A DNA stretch of 64,000 nt from Candidatus Aenigmatarchaeota archaeon (GCA_011772645.1 WVZE01000036.1:48726-112725); one strand, 5' to 3'. Counted from the stretch's first letter, positions 42,251 through 53,930 are shown. Notes: generated from the letters alone by a model not told the origin. Translations and numbers: made by a program.

Positions 42251-45200
42251 TAATATTTATTCTCTATCCTTGCGAATTTCAGGTAGATCAGGGCAGCGAG
42301 TATCAGGAGGAATACAACCGCGATCGGGGAGAGCCCGGGGAATTCAGGGACGAAGACCGTGGTCACCCATACGCTGTCCTTGTCCTTAAGATCCGAGTCC
42401 ACGAAAGAGCTTGCGGTCACTGTCACATTATATCTAAGCTGTTCGGTGTACAAAATCCTGACTTTAATTTTTCTCTCTTCCTGGGGGTTCAGGTCTATAT
42501 CAGCCTCTGGCTGGTTGTTTATCGCGAATATGGCATTTGAAGGTTCCAGCTTCAAATGAACCGTGTCAAACTTCAGCTGTATGTTCCTCACAGCAACGTC
42601 CAGGGTGTTAAACTTCCCTATCATGGGCATCACGGATTCCGCCTCGAAATTCGCCAGGGGATGCTCGTACATTGTAAGTGAGTAGTAACCTGATGGCGGG
42701 TTCCTCTCCGTTTCTGATGTGTAGGAGTTCAACGTGTAGGAATAGTAATCGATTTTTGTATCGTTTGGGTAAGGTCCCAGCGTTACGACACACATGTTGT
42801 CAAGCAAACACGTCAATGTATCCCATGTCCCGGGTTCGAATCTTGGGTGATAGACTCTGTAGTTAATGGTCATGTTGAGCAGATCCCTGGTCATGTTCAT
42901 GAGTGTTATCGAAACATTCCTGTCCGCACCCGTCTTCCCTCTGTCCCTTATAATGTTGCCGAACTGGTCTATCACGTAAAGTTCCGCCAGCCCGGGGATA
43001 AAGATCGTGGTGTTGGTGTCGTATGTTGTCTTGACCTCCCAGTTGCCTGCGTTGTCCTTGGCGAGCGAGCGGAAGTAGAATCTGTAATTGTTTATCCCGC
43101 CCAGGGGGCTTCCTGCCTCTTCATATGCGTTGAATAATGTGAAAGTCTCTGTCGTACAACTAAACAGCTCCTGCCATGAAGTTAAATTCACGGTATCATT
43201 GTACCGGAATTCTATCTTGTAGCAGTCAATGCCGCTTCCGCTGTCGCTCCCTCCCCAGTAGAGATCGAAAGCGTTTGACTGGGTATAGAAGGGGAGAGTG
43301 GAAACAAGGGAAACAGGCGGTGTGGTGTCGTTCGTGTACTGCCAGCCCGTGTTTATGTATCCTGTCCCTCTCCCGGCCTCGTCGTAAAGGAATGCGTACA
43401 CGCTGTAACTCTTCTGACTGCTTCCTGTGTCTACGGTCCATATCTCGTCAACGCTCGCTCCCGTACAGCTGCCCGAGCAGGAAACCGATTGGATTGTCAG
43501 GTAATTATAGTTCCACATGTTGTCCGTGATGATTCCCGTATCAACATCAACGCTGGATTTTATCTCGTTACCGCTCGCGCATATTTCACCCCAGTTGCAT
43601 CCGCAGCTTTCCGGTGCGCAGCCGCTTGTGAATGTGATGTATTGTCTTGAGGGGGTTGAGACCGAATCAGTGTGCTGTATTCTATGGGTTGTTGTCCCTG
43701 AATTGACCCAGCAGATTTGGTTGGACGTGTCCTCGTAATCACACCCTGAAACCGAGTAGGAAACAAAGGTGGGGTTGGTCTTGTCGATTAATACCTGGGT
43801 TGATTGCGTGCTTTCCTGGTTGCCCGCGTTGTCCGTTGAGCGGTATCTCACGTAGTTGGTTCCTTCGTCCGAAACAATGAAGGAAGAAGAATACGGTATG
43901 GAGGGCGAGCAAGTGTCTGTGGTGTCCACGCAGTACGTTGTGTCAGCGCATCCCGAGCCTCCCGGGTCCGAGCAGGTCAGGGTGACCTGGACGTTCGTTG
44001 TGTACCAGTTGTTCCAGCCCATGGTTCCCGAAAGACTGATGGAAGTGGAGGGAGGCGTCGACTCCAGAATTATGGAATCGCTGTCCTGAATCACGCTGAG
44101 CAGATTGTTCCTAACTTCGTAATAGACTGTTTTTGTTCCGTCGCCCGCTGTCAAAGTCCAGGCTTTCGTTGGCGCACATGCCTCCCAGGTGGTCCAGCTA
44201 CCTCCCTCGTTTCTGTATCTGCAGTCCTTAATGCCCGGACCGACTGGGTCTGAATAGGCCAAATTAAGTGTTACGGAGTTCGAATTCGTATAGGTATCGT
44301 CATTGTTTATAAATATTGATGCCGTCATGCCTACCACTCCTATCAGGTACTGCCAGCCCGTGTCTATGTATCCGGTTTCTCTCCCGGCCTCGTCGTAGAG
44401 GAATGCGTATACGTTATAACTCTTCTGGTTGTTTCCTGTATTTACGGTCCATATCTCGTCAACGCTCGCTCCCGTACAGATGCCCGAGCAGGAAACCGAT
44501 TGGATTGTCAGGTAATCATCGTTCCACATGTGGCTTGTCGTGACTCCCGTATCGACATCAACGCTGGATTTTATCTCGTTTCCTGAGGCGCAGAGCTCGA
44601 TGTTGTTACATCCGCAGTTGTTTGGTGCGCAGCCGCTTGCGAATGCGATGTATTGTCTTGAGGGGGTTGAGACCGAATCAGTGTGCTGTATCTCGTGGGT
44701 TGTTATTGTCCCCGGATTGACCCAGCATGTTTGGGTGGTTGCGTTTTCGTAGTCGCATCCTGAAACCGAGTAGGAAACAAAGGTGGGGTTGGTCTTGTCG
44801 ATTAATACCTGGGTTGATTTCGTGCTTTCCTGGTTGCCCGCGTTGTCCGTTGAGCGGTATCTCACGTAGTTGGTTCCCTCAGGGGAAACGGCGAATGTGG
44901 ATGAATATGATATGGAGGGGGAGCATGTGTTTGTTGAATCTATGCAGTATCTTGTGAAATCGCAGTCAGAACCTCCTGAATCCGAGCAGGTAAGGGTGAC
45001 CTGGACGTCCGTTGTGTACCAGTTGTTCCAGCCCATGGTACCCGAAAGGCTGATGGAAGTGGAGGGGTCTGTTGTGTCCACCATAAGACGGGAGGAAACA
45101 TCCGTGTCGTAGTTCCCAGCCGAATCCTCGACCCACAAACACAGCCAGTCATTACGGTTGGTGTTTACCGTTATAACCGAACTTGTTGTTGAAAATGTGT

Positions 45201-48200
45201 AGCTTGATTTTGAACCGGAACACGTCCCGTCTGAGTCGAAGTAATACCACTTGGTTGATATGCAGCCGGAGCCTCCTGAATCCGAGCAGGAGAGTGTTAT
45301 ATCGTCTGAATTCACCCATGTTGTCGATTCGCCGGTTATGCTTGCAGTTGGATTTGTCTTGTCCACCCTGAATTCGACAGGGCTTGAAAATCCCGTGTTG
45401 CCCACGTTGTCCCTCGCCGCTGCGCACACCCACCTGTGGCTGGAGATGGTCTGGGGGGAGGCTAGGGTGTAGGAAGAGTAGGTGGAGGGGCAGCTCCCCG
45501 GGTTGGATGCGTACGTTACCAATCTGTAAGAACCTGCGTTGCAGCCGGAGCCTCCCGGGTCAGAGCAGGAAACGCTCGCCGTGGCGTCTGTGTTCTGCCA
45601 GGAAGCGGGAGCTCCCGTTACGGAGACCGAAGGGGAGGTTTTGTCCACTGTGAACGAATGGTCCGTTCCGTCGAATCTCAGAGACCATCCTCCGTTGGGC
45701 TCGAAGTCTGACCAGAGCCCGCAATAATCGACTGTCCAAGTCCCTCCCGGATCGCCCGATTGTATGGTGTAGGAGAAGGTCACACTAGTTCCCCAGTTGT
45801 TGAAGTATATTATGGAACCGCCCGGCTTTGCGAGTCTGCATTCGGAAATTATGGTGAATCCTGATGGGCTTCTTGAAACGCCTGAGAGGGAGATCTGGAT
45901 GGTGTCCCCTACTGAGTAATAGCCTGAGGGATAGGTGTATGAACTCCAAGTTCCGGTTACCTGCGTTGAGGTTCCTCCTTTCGTGCAGGAGGTGTAGCTG
46001 TTCGAACACACGCGATTGGAGTCGCATTTGTAGGAACCCGTCCTCCCGCAGGTGGAGTCTACCCAGATTCTCTGGTTACCAACACCCGGGCTGGGGGCGG
46101 CGCAGTCCAAAAGACATCCTCCCTGAGCGTAACAGTTCTCGCTGGAGTCGCAGATACCTGGTAGACCTATGCACGGGTCTCCGCATATCAGGCCTTGGCA
46201 TGCCCCTGTTTCCAAACGGAAGTTATTGCTCTGTTTTGTGGACTCCTGGTTGCCCACGCTGTCTCTCGAGTAGAAGCATACAACCTTGTTGCAGATCTGG
46301 CCTGCCGGGCATGTCACGCTTCCCGACGTTCCCGTGGTGAATCCTGTTGTCCCGCAGGACCCTCCCTGGTTGATAACCCTGTAATAAGTGGATGAACATC
46401 CCGAACCTCCTGAATCAGAGCAGGTCAGGGTGAAGGAAACGGAAGTTGTGGAATAACTCCCGCCGTTGGGTGATATGGATGTGGTCGGACCTGATACATC
46501 CCTCCATTCGCCGCCAACACACTGGGAACCCGCCATTCCCGGACGAGCAGCTCCTTCGCTGTAACATGCACTTTGCCAAACACAATCATTCGCGTTGTTG
46601 CAGCATGCATCATCACTCGAACTGGAAGTGCAGGCGTATCCGTCGCACTGCCTTGTTCTCCTGTATTCGTTCGAATCATCCCCGCAGCAGGTTGTTGCGT
46701 CCACTTCTCCTCCTATGTTCCAGCGGTTTGAACCGGCGATAGCTCCGCATTGCGTGCTTCCCGCGTCTCCTCCCTGCCACGTCCCTGCGTTGCAGTAGTT
46801 CCTGCTGGGGATGCTTCCTCTTGTTGAGGTTGATGAATAACAGGTGGAGTAGTAGACGCAGTCGTTGTTCGCGTTACAGCAGGCGTCGTCCGAGGATGAG
46901 GAGGAATAGGTCGAATCTGTTCCAGCGACTCTCGTTCTCCTGTTTTCACCCGAATCGTCGCCGCAACATGCGGTCGCTGCTACTTCGCCGCCAATTGCCC
47001 AGAATCCACCGCCGCAACCGCATAAATATGAATTGTAATCACCATTGGTCCGAAAAACTGCATCATAACATGCAGTGTAACCTCCGGCACACCAATCCTC
47101 TCCGGCATCGTCTCCGCAACAATCTCCCACTGAATCATCCCAGCAATTGCTTTCTCCTCCAGAACAGGTTCCCTGTGTCCCGCTCACTTCGCACTCGCAG
47201 GCACTCTGAACATTGTCAGGTTCCCTGGCAGGACCAGACCTATCACAACCATTTGCATTAATACCATCACAATAACCTTGAGTCTGATATCCGAATCCAC
47301 CGTTATTGTAAGCATTATCGGCTAGGTCATTACTTGTACATGCCCAAGCGGTGTTACATAGGTAACCAGTTCCCCTTATTGTATAAGGATGGCTGCTTGT
47401 ATCACAGCATACCCCACTGGAGCATTCATCATTAGCCGCCCATATTCCGTTTGATTGACATATAATGGCACCGCTTAAAGCAGTTTGACCACTTGAATAA
47501 CATACACCATTATAAACGCAATCACTACTTGAACTGCAGCAAGCATCGTCTGAACTGCTACTGCTACATCCGGAATCACATTGTCTTGTCCTTCTATTCT
47601 CTCCGGAGTCGTCACCGCAGCAGGTTGTTGCTGCCACTTCTCCTCCTATGTTCCAGCGGTTTGAACCGGCGATAGCTCCGCATTGCGTGCTTCCCGCGTC
47701 TCCTCCCTGCCACGTCCCTGCGTTGCAGTAGTTCCTGCTGGGGATGCTTCCCCTTGTTGAGGTTGATGAATAACAGGTGGAGTAGTAGACGCAGTCGCTG
47801 CTCGCATCACAGCAGGCGTCGTCCGAACTTGAGGAGGAATAGGTCGAATCTGTTCCCGCGACTCTTGTCCTCCTGTATTCGCCCGAATCGTCACCACAAC
47901 ATGTGGTCGCGGCGACTTCTCCTCCTATGTTCCACCTTCCCGTTGCCTCGCATGCATCGCAGTAAGCTTGACCTGCATCAGAATCATACCACGTACCGCT
48001 GCCGCAGTAAGCATCGTCTGAACGGCATGCCCCCGAAGAATAACAGGTGTTTGAATAGACGCAGTCACCGCCCGCATTACAACAGGCGTCGTCCGAACTT
48101 GAGGAGGAACACCAGGAATTGCACACCCTTGTTCTCCTGTATTCGCCCGAATCATCGCCGCAGCAGACACTCCCGGCGACCTCGCCTCCTATGTTCCAGC

Positions 48201-49992
48201 GGTTTGAACCGGCGATAGCTCCGCATTGCGTGCTTCCCGCGTCTCCACCCTGCCACGTCCCTGCATTGCAGTAAGCCTTGTTGGGGACTGCCGGGGGGGA
48301 GGTTCCTCCGGATGATGTGCACGCATCATTGTATGTGCAATCTGTGTTTGCATTACAGCAGGTTGTAATTCCGTCGTTGTAACCTGAAGGGGCGTCGGTT
48401 CCGCCAGTTTCTGTCCTTCTGTACTCGCCCGAATCGTCACCGCAGCAGTTTGTCGCTGCTACCTCACCGCCGATTGCCCAATTACCACCACCACAACTGC
48501 ATAAATATGAATTGTAATCACCATTGGTCCGAAAAACTGCATCATAACATGCAGTGTAACCTCCGGCACACCAATCCTCTCCGGAGTCGTCGCCGCAACA
48601 ATCTCCTACTGACTCATCCCAGCAATTGCTTTCCCCTCCAGAACAGGTTCCCTGGGTTCCGCTCGCTTCACATTCGCAGGCGCTCTGGTAATTGTCAGGC
48701 TCTCTGGCAACGCCCGAGACGTCACAACTCCCGCCGCCGTCACAGTATCCCTGGGTCTCGTACCCGAACCCGCCATTGTTATAAGCGTTATTGGTTTGCT
48801 CGGCGCTCGTACACGCCCAAGCGGTGTTGCATGGTGTGTTCGCCTGGATGCCGCAGGTGCTTGTCAGAACATCTCCTGCTGGAGCAGTTACAGGATACTG
48901 CTCATAATAACTTGTAGCTGCCGTGTCGCAAACGCCGCTCCCGTCGCATTCAGAGTAACGAATATATCCTGAACAACTTCCGGCAGTACAAAAATAATTG
49001 GTATTATCATCACACGAGAGTATTTCTGAAGTTGCATCAACGCTGCTTGCAGAATAACAGGCTTTGTAAGCGGGCGTGTTGTAAATGGCGCGTGCGCATT
49101 CGCCTAATCCGTCACAAACGCCCGTTCCCCCATCAATTGCGCACTGGGATGCAATGCAGGGACCTCCCCCGAAACATCTGTTGCCCGGGTCTGTCCCGGC
49201 CGGCGCCGGGTCGCAGTCTGGGTAGGCGTCGTAACATCCGTAACAAAGCGCGCAGTTGTCTGCCCTGCCATCGGAATAAACCCCACAGGCCCCGCCCGTG
49301 CAGGTGCCTGTCAGGCAGTCAGTTGTGCTGCACTCGCTGCGAGGATCGGTTCCGTCAGGTACGTTTTCGCATAATACATCAGTATCATAACACCCTTGAC
49401 AGATCCCGCAGTTAGCCTTCCTTCCGTCAGAATAGGCAGCACATCCTCCACCAGCAGCACAACTACCTGTTCTGCATTGCGATGTATCACAATCATTATT
49501 TGGGTCTGTTCCTGCATTTGCATCCTGACAACCACCAGCCCCATTACAAACCCTGCAGGTGGCAGGGCAATCATCGTTTGGATCTGTTCCTGCAGGAATA
49601 AAACTCCCGCTGCTGTCGCAGCAGGTAGTTCCCGGGGTGCATGCTGTACCGCAGATGCCATTCACACGGGTCCCGGAACAACATCTGCAGTCAGTAGGAG
49701 CGGAATTACCATCCAAAATACAACACACGCCCCTCCCGCTACATGTTTTGCAAAATGAGGCACCAGGACAAGTTGCGGCTTCTTCGTAGCAATTACTGGT
49801 ATCCTCCCCGGGTGGACAGAATCTTGTTGATGCACGCCGGCAAACTATTAAAATATCGCCAGTGGAGCAATAATTTGAGCCGCAATTAGCCGCACTAGTA
49901 CAACCATCCAGACAAGCAGCGCTAACCCCGTAACTCAAAACATTTAAAAGGATAACCGAATAAAACACCGCGATGACACACTTTGCCTTCAT
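42247..49992 (-). CDS. Giant (2581 aa) Cys-rich repeat surface protein with Ig-like domains and PEF-type C-terminal anchor
   Basis: Signal peptide; many CCGDDSGE repeats; D.T.P...LTCSD..GSGC...YRS.DNAGN.E Ig-like modules; VPEFPGL-TM-basic. Confidence 0.88.
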   Translation of the reverse strand: MKAKCVIAVFYSVILLNVLSYGVSAACLDGCTSAANCGSNYCSTGDILIVCRRASTRFCPPGEDTSNCYEEAATCPGASFCKTCSGRGVCCILDGNSAPTDCRCCSGTRVNGICGTACTPGTTCCDSSGSFIPAGTDPNDDCPATCRVCNGAGGCQDANAGTDPNNDCDTSQCRTGSCAAGGGCAAYSDGRKANCGICQGCYDTDVLCENVPDGTDPRSECSTTDCLTGTCTGGACGVYSDGRADNCALCYGCYDAYPDCDPAPAGTDPGNRCFGGGPCIASQCAIDGGTGVCDGLGECARAIYNTPAYKACYSASSVDATSEILSCDDNTNYFCTAGSCSGYIRYSECDGSGVCDTAATSYYEQYPVTAPAGDVLTSTCGIQANTPCNTAWACTSAEQTNNAYNNGGFGYETQGYCDGGGSCDVSGVAREPDNYQSACECEASGTQGTCSGGESNCWDESVGDCCGDDSGEDWCAGGYTACYDAVFRTNGDYNSYLCSCGGGNWAIGGEVAATNCCGDDSGEYRRTETGGTDAPSGYNDGITTCCNANTDCTYNDACTSSGGTSPPAVPNKAYCNAGTWQGGDAGSTQCGAIAGSNRWNIGGEVAGSVCCGDDSGEYRRTRVCNSWCSSSSSDDACCNAGGDCVYSNTCYSSGACRSDDAYCGSGTWYDSDAGQAYCDACEATGRWNIGGEVAATTCCGDDSGEYRRTRVAGTDSTYSSSSSDDACCDASSDCVYYSTCYSSTSTRGSIPSRNYCNAGTWQGGDAGSTQCGAIAGSNRWNIGGEVAATTCCGDDSGENRRTRQCDSGCSSSSSDDACCSSSSDCVYNGVCYSSGQTALSGAIICQSNGIWAANDECSSGVCCDTSSHPYTIRGTGYLCNTAWACTSNDLADNAYNNGGFGYQTQGYCDGINANGCDRSGPAREPDNVQSACECEVSGTQGTCSGGESNCWDDSVGDCCGDDAGEDWCAGGYTACYDAVFRTNGDYNSYLCGCGGGFWAIGGEVAATACCGDDSGENRRTRVAGTDSTYSSSSSDDACCNANNDCVYYSTCYSSTSTRGSIPSRNYCNAGTWQGGDAGSTQCGAIAGSNRWNIGGEVDATTCCGDDSNEYRRTRQCDGYACTSSSSDDACCNNANDCVWQSACYSEGAARPGMAGSQCVGGEWRDVSGPTTSISPNGGSYSTTSVSFTLTCSDSGGSGCSSTYYRVINQGGSCGTTGFTTGTSGSVTCPAGQICNKVVCFYSRDSVGNQESTKQSNNFRLETGACQGLICGDPCIGLPGICDSSENCYAQGGCLLDCAAPSPGVGNQRIWVDSTCGRTGSYKCDSNRVCSNSYTSCTKGGTSTQVTGTWSSYTYPSGYYSVGDTIQISLSGVSRSPSGFTIISECRLAKPGGSIIYFNNWGTSVTFSYTIQSGDPGGTWTVDYCGLWSDFEPNGGWSLRFDGTDHSFTVDKTSPSVSVTGAPASWQNTDATASVSCSDPGGSGCNAGSYRLVTYASNPGSCPSTYSSYTLASPQTISSHRWVCAAARDNVGNTGFSSPVEFRVDKTNPTASITGESTTWVNSDDITLSCSDSGGSGCISTKWYYFDSDGTCSGSKSSYTFSTTSSVITVNTNRNDWLCLWVEDSAGNYDTDVSSRLMVDTTDPSTSISLSGTMGWNNWYTTDVQVTLTCSDSGGSDCDFTRYCIDSTNTCSPSISYSSTFAVSPEGTNYVRYRSTDNAGNQESTKSTQVLIDKTNPTFVSYSVSGCDYENATTQTCWVNPGTITTHEIQHTDSVSTPSRQYIAFASGCAPNNCGCNNIELCASGNEIKSSVDVDTGVTTSHMWNDDYLTIQSVSCSGICTGASVDEIWTVNTGNNQKSYNVYAFLYDEAGRETGYIDTGWQYLIGVVGMTASIFINNDDTYTNSNSVTLNLAYSDPVGPGIKDCRYRNEGGSWTTWEACAPTKAWTLTAGDGTKTVYYEVRNNLLSVIQDSDSIILESTPPSTSISLSGTMGWNNWYTTNVQVTLTCSDPGGSGCADTTYCVDTTDTCSPSIPYSSSFIVSDEGTNYVRYRSTDNAGNQESTQSTQVLIDKTNPTFVSYSVSGCDYEDTSNQICWVNSGTTTHRIQHTDSVSTPSRQYITFTSGCAPESCGCNWGEICASGNEIKSSVDVDTGIITDNMWNYNYLTIQSVSCSGSCTGASVDEIWTVDTGSSQKSYSVYAFLYDEAGRGTGYINTGWQYTNDTTPPVSLVSTLPFYTQSNAFDLYWGGSDSGSGIDCYKIEFRYNDTVNLTSWQELFSCTTETFTLFNAYEEAGSPLGGINNYRFYFRSLAKDNAGNWEVKTTYDTNTTIFIPGLAELYVIDQFGNIIRDRGKTGADRNVSITLMNMTRDLLNMTINYRVYHPRFEPGTWDTLTCLLDNMCVVTLGPYPNDTKIDYYSYTLNSYTSETERNPPSGYYSLTMYEHPLANFEAESVMPMIGKFNTLDVAVRNIQLKFDTVHLKLEPSNAIFAINNQPEADIDLNPQEERKIKVRILYTEQLRYNVTVTASSFVDSDLKDKDSVWVTTVFVPEFPGLSPIAVVFLLILAALIYLKFARIENKYY
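43336..45066. repeat. About 720-bp internal near-duplicate within the 2581-aa gene
   Basis: 43336-44052 vs 44347-45066 are highly similar at DNA level. Confidence 0.88.
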
Positions 49993-50019
49993 TAATTAAT
50001 AATTATTGATTTCTATTAA

Positions 50020-53000
50020 TTAATCCTTTATTTTGACGAGTTTTACATAGATAAGAACTGATAGTAACAACAAAAATACTATTGCAGGCCAGTTCAGGCC
50101 CGGGAAGTCCGCGGGCGTCGCGATTTTTATCTCCAGCCAGTCGCTGTCCGCAAGCTGGGGGTCGGTTAGGGAATTCGCATTCACGGTCAGATTGAAATTC
50201 CCCAAAGATCTCGGGTATATTCTTGCGATCACCTCTCTGTATTCCTGGGGGTTCATCTGCAGATCCAGGGTTCGGTTTCCCGTTTCCGCGAACATCGCCT
50301 CCTGCATGTTCAGTGAGAGGCGAATCGTGTCCGCTATCAGCTGGGAATTTCTGACCAGAATTTTTATAATTCCCCCTCTTCCTATGGTCATGTGGAATTT
50401 CTCATCCACAGCGAACTTTACCATGGTCAGGAAGATAGTGGTGTACGTGTCGAATCCTGTCTTTGTTTCCTGGTTTCCCGCGTTGTCCCTGGCAAGCGAG
50501 CGGAAGTAGAAGGTGTAGCCGTCCGGGTTTGAACCTGCCGCCTGCTCAGCGTCGAATATCGTGCTTGTTTGTTTCGTGCATTCCCCATCGGAAAAATTTA
50601 TGTTCATAACAGGACTTTCCGGTTCGCTCTGCGGCCTGTACTTGTACTGTATAATGTAGCAATCCAAACCGCTCTCGTCATCCGTCCCGTTCCATGAGAG
50701 GTTAAAAGACTTTTGGGCCATGTACGTTGATAGCAACCGAACTCTGGAGGTTGGGGAGACCTTGTCAACCTTGAATTCAACAGGGCTTGAGAATCCCTCG
50801 TTTTCCGCTCTATCCTTTGCTGCCCCGCACACCCAGACGTGGCTCGAAATGGTCTGGGGGGAGGGAAGGGTGTAGGAGGCGTAGTCAGAGGGACAGCTTC
50901 CGGGGTTTGAATCGTAGGTTATCAATCTGTAAGAACCTGCGTTGCAGCCGGAGCCTCCCGGGTCAGAGCAGGAAACGCTCGCCGTGGCGTCTGTATTCTG
51001 CCAGAGTGGGGCAACATCGTCCACAGAGACTATTGGGGGGATTTTGTCAACCTTGAATTCGACAGGGCTTGAGAATCCCTCGTTGCCCATGTTATCCCTC
51101 GCCGCTGCGCACACCCACCTGTGGCTGGATATTGTCTGGGGGGAGGGAAGGGTGTAGGAGGCGTAGTCAGAGGGACAGCTTCCGGGGTTTGAATCGTATG
51201 TCAAAAGCATGTAGGTTGAGGGGTCGCATGGGCCTGTATTGCTCACGCATGTCACGTTCGCAGTGGCGTCTGTGTTTTGCCAGGAAGCGGGAGCCCCTGT
51301 CACGGAAACTGTCACCTGGATCTCATCCACTGTGAACGTCCGATCCGTACCGTCAAATTCGAGAACCCATCCGGTGTTGGACTCGAAGTCTGACCAGAGT
51401 CCGCAATAATCAACTGTCCATGTTCCGAGCGGATCCGCATCCTGTATGGTGTAGGGGAAGGTCACACTTGTTCCCCAGTTGTTGAAGTATATTGAAGATC
51501 CGCTCGGCTTTACGAGTCTGCATTCCGAGAGTATGGTGAAACCCGATGGCGAGTTCGAAACCCCGTTCAGTCTTATGTTTATGGTCTGGCCTGCATAGTA
51601 TGTTCCGCTCGGAGGAACGTAAGAAGTCCAGTCCCCTGTCACCTGTCTTGGAATTCCCCCCATCGTGCATGAGGTGTAGCTGTTGGAGCACACGTGCCGT
51701 GGACCGCACTTGTAGGAGCCCGTCCTCCCGCAGTTCGAATCTACCCATCTTCTTTCAGCATTGGGTCCTGTTGAAGGGACGGAACAATCCAGGAAGCATC
51801 CTCCGCCTGAATAACATTCATCCTCTCCGTTGCAGATTCCTCCCGGGCATGGCGTTCCGCACGGCTGTTGGTAGCAAACATTCGCTGTTATGCCGTCGCT
51901 CGAGCCCACGTCGCTCCACAGGCCCGAATTGCTCCTGGCCCTGACATTGAAATAATAGGTTTCGCCGTTGGAAAGGCTGAGACCGCTTCTGGTGACCTCC
52001 CTTAGCAACCCTCTTGAGGTCCAGCCGACTTCGCTGTTCCACCCGGAATTCGGGTATCTGGCGGTTCCTATTGCGTATTGATATTCTGCTATCCCCGAGC
52101 TTGAAGTGGACTGTGTCCAGGTCGCATGGAGAGTTGTAAGCGAGGAGGTGTAATCACCGTCATCCGTCACGACCGGTGTTGTGGGCGTCCCGTCATCCAC
52201 CATCAGCCGGGAGGAAACATCCGTGTCGTAGTTCCCAGCCGAATCCTCGACCCACAGGCACAGCCAGTCGTTATGAACTCCTGTTATGGTAAGCGTGTTG
52301 CTCGTTGTAGAGAGGTAGTAGGAGGATTTGGAAGAGGAACACGTTCCGTCTGAGTCGAAGTAATACCATCTGGTTGATAAGCAGCCTGAATCTCCGGTAT
52401 CGGTGCAAACGAGGTTTACGGTATCCGATGTAACCCACACCGTTGACTCCCCGGTTATGTCAGCCACCGGGTTTATCTTATCAATCCTGAATTCGACAGG
52501 GTTTGAAACCCCTGTGTTGCCTGCGTTGTCCCTCGCCGCTGCGCACACCCAGACGTGGCTGGAAATGGTCTGGGGGGAGGAGAGGGTGTAGGAGGCGTAG
52601 TCAGAGGGACAGCTTCCGGGGTTGGATGCGTACGTTCTCAGTCTATACGTCCCTGCATCGCAGCCGGAGCCTCCTGAATCCGAACAGGAAACGCTCGCCG
52701 TGGCGTCTGTATTCTGCCAGGAAGCTGGAGCTCCCGTTACGGAGACCGAAGGGGAGGTTTTGTCAATCCTTACCCGGGTTGATCTCGTGCTTTCCTGGTT
52801 GCCAGCGTTGTCCGTTGAGTAGTATCTCACGTAGCGTGTTCCCTCGCTGGAAATTGTGAACTGGGAAGAATAAACTGTTGAGGGCGAGCAAGTGTTTGAG
52901 GTGTCCACGCAGTATCTCGTGGCTGAACAGCCAGAACCACCCTGTCCGTCCGAGCAGGTCAGGGTTACATCGACGTTTGTCACATACCAACCGCTCAAAC

Positions 53001-53901
53001 CCTGGGTCCCGGAAAGCGTGATGGTGGTGATCGGAGGATCTGTATCTTCCGGGCAAAGGACCGGGTCAGTCTCGCACCCAGGCAAGCCGGCACTGCAGGT
53101 CTCGGTGAAGGCACAGGTCTGATCGGTAGCCCAGAGACCATATACCGTGCTTCCCGTACACTGAGCCGAATTCCCTGAACAATACTGGTTGTTAGTCTGC
53201 CTTTCCAGCGTGGCTCCGCACCCGTTAGAATCCCCTCCCACGCACCTGTATTCATTCCAAGTGTCGCAAACCTCGGATGTGGATTCATAGCAACCGGAAA
53301 GCGTTCCTGTTGTGCAGCAGGGACCTGACCAACATTGAGAGGTGATGCAGACTCCTCCGCAGCATGACCCACAACATGAAGTCGAAGCCGAACATGTGCA
53401 TCCTATGTTAGGAGGTTTTCTGCAAACAAGCCCGCACGCAGCCCAGCAAGTATCGGTGCCGCAGCAACCCGTCTCATCCATCAAACACCCGCCATCTCCA
53501 TGGGTATGTGACGCCGTTCCCTGCCAGCTGGGCCCGGAAGCCTGTATGCCAGCGCAATCGCATTCGTTCCTTCCCTCCCAGCTGCACGTCCAGATGCTGC
53601 ACCTGGTTGCGCTCGGGCAATCCCTCCGGGCGAGAGTGTTACCGCAAAATATCCCTCCTTCGCCACACCATGCTCCGCACGTATCCGTTCCCTGGTGGTC
53701 CCAGTCACAGTCACACCAGGTACAGCCGTTGCTAATGCAGTCATCCTTCGAATCTTCGTAATCTCCGCAGTTTTTGTCCGCGGGTCCCCTGCATGTAAAG
53801 ACCCTGTGTATCGTGGCAGAAGCCGAATAAGCTGTTGTGAATATAAAAAGGAGGATCACCACCGATATAACAAAAAATTTGTAAATGTCTTTTTTCATCA
53901 A
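50020..53901 (-). CDS. Large (1293 aa) paralogous Cys-rich/Ig-like surface protein
   Basis: Signal peptide; modules shared with neighbours; PADFPGL-TM-basic. Confidence 0.88.
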   Translation of the reverse strand: MMKKDIYKFFVISVVILLFIFTTAYSASATIHRVFTCRGPADKNCGDYEDSKDDCISNGCTWCDCDWDHQGTDTCGAWCGEGGIFCGNTLARRDCPSATRCSIWTCSWEGRNECDCAGIQASGPSWQGTASHTHGDGGCLMDETGCCGTDTCWAACGLVCRKPPNIGCTCSASTSCCGSCCGGVCITSQCWSGPCCTTGTLSGCYESTSEVCDTWNEYRCVGGDSNGCGATLERQTNNQYCSGNSAQCTGSTVYGLWATDQTCAFTETCSAGLPGCETDPVLCPEDTDPPITTITLSGTQGLSGWYVTNVDVTLTCSDGQGGSGCSATRYCVDTSNTCSPSTVYSSQFTISSEGTRYVRYYSTDNAGNQESTRSTRVRIDKTSPSVSVTGAPASWQNTDATASVSCSDSGGSGCDAGTYRLRTYASNPGSCPSDYASYTLSSPQTISSHVWVCAAARDNAGNTGVSNPVEFRIDKINPVADITGESTVWVTSDTVNLVCTDTGDSGCLSTRWYYFDSDGTCSSSKSSYYLSTTSNTLTITGVHNDWLCLWVEDSAGNYDTDVSSRLMVDDGTPTTPVVTDDGDYTSSLTTLHATWTQSTSSSGIAEYQYAIGTARYPNSGWNSEVGWTSRGLLREVTRSGLSLSNGETYYFNVRARSNSGLWSDVGSSDGITANVCYQQPCGTPCPGGICNGEDECYSGGGCFLDCSVPSTGPNAERRWVDSNCGRTGSYKCGPRHVCSNSYTSCTMGGIPRQVTGDWTSYVPPSGTYYAGQTINIRLNGVSNSPSGFTILSECRLVKPSGSSIYFNNWGTSVTFPYTIQDADPLGTWTVDYCGLWSDFESNTGWVLEFDGTDRTFTVDEIQVTVSVTGAPASWQNTDATANVTCVSNTGPCDPSTYMLLTYDSNPGSCPSDYASYTLPSPQTISSHRWVCAAARDNMGNEGFSSPVEFKVDKIPPIVSVDDVAPLWQNTDATASVSCSDPGGSGCNAGSYRLITYDSNPGSCPSDYASYTLPSPQTISSHVWVCGAAKDRAENEGFSSPVEFKVDKVSPTSRVRLLSTYMAQKSFNLSWNGTDDESGLDCYIIQYKYRPQSEPESPVMNINFSDGECTKQTSTIFDAEQAAGSNPDGYTFYFRSLARDNAGNQETKTGFDTYTTIFLTMVKFAVDEKFHMTIGRGGIIKILVRNSQLIADTIRLSLNMQEAMFAETGNRTLDLQMNPQEYREVIARIYPRSLGNFNLTVNANSLTDPQLADSDWLEIKIATPADFPGLNWPAIVFLLLLSVLIYVKLVKIKD

Positions 53902-53930
53902 TTATATAATTGGTTATGGGTAATTATTAG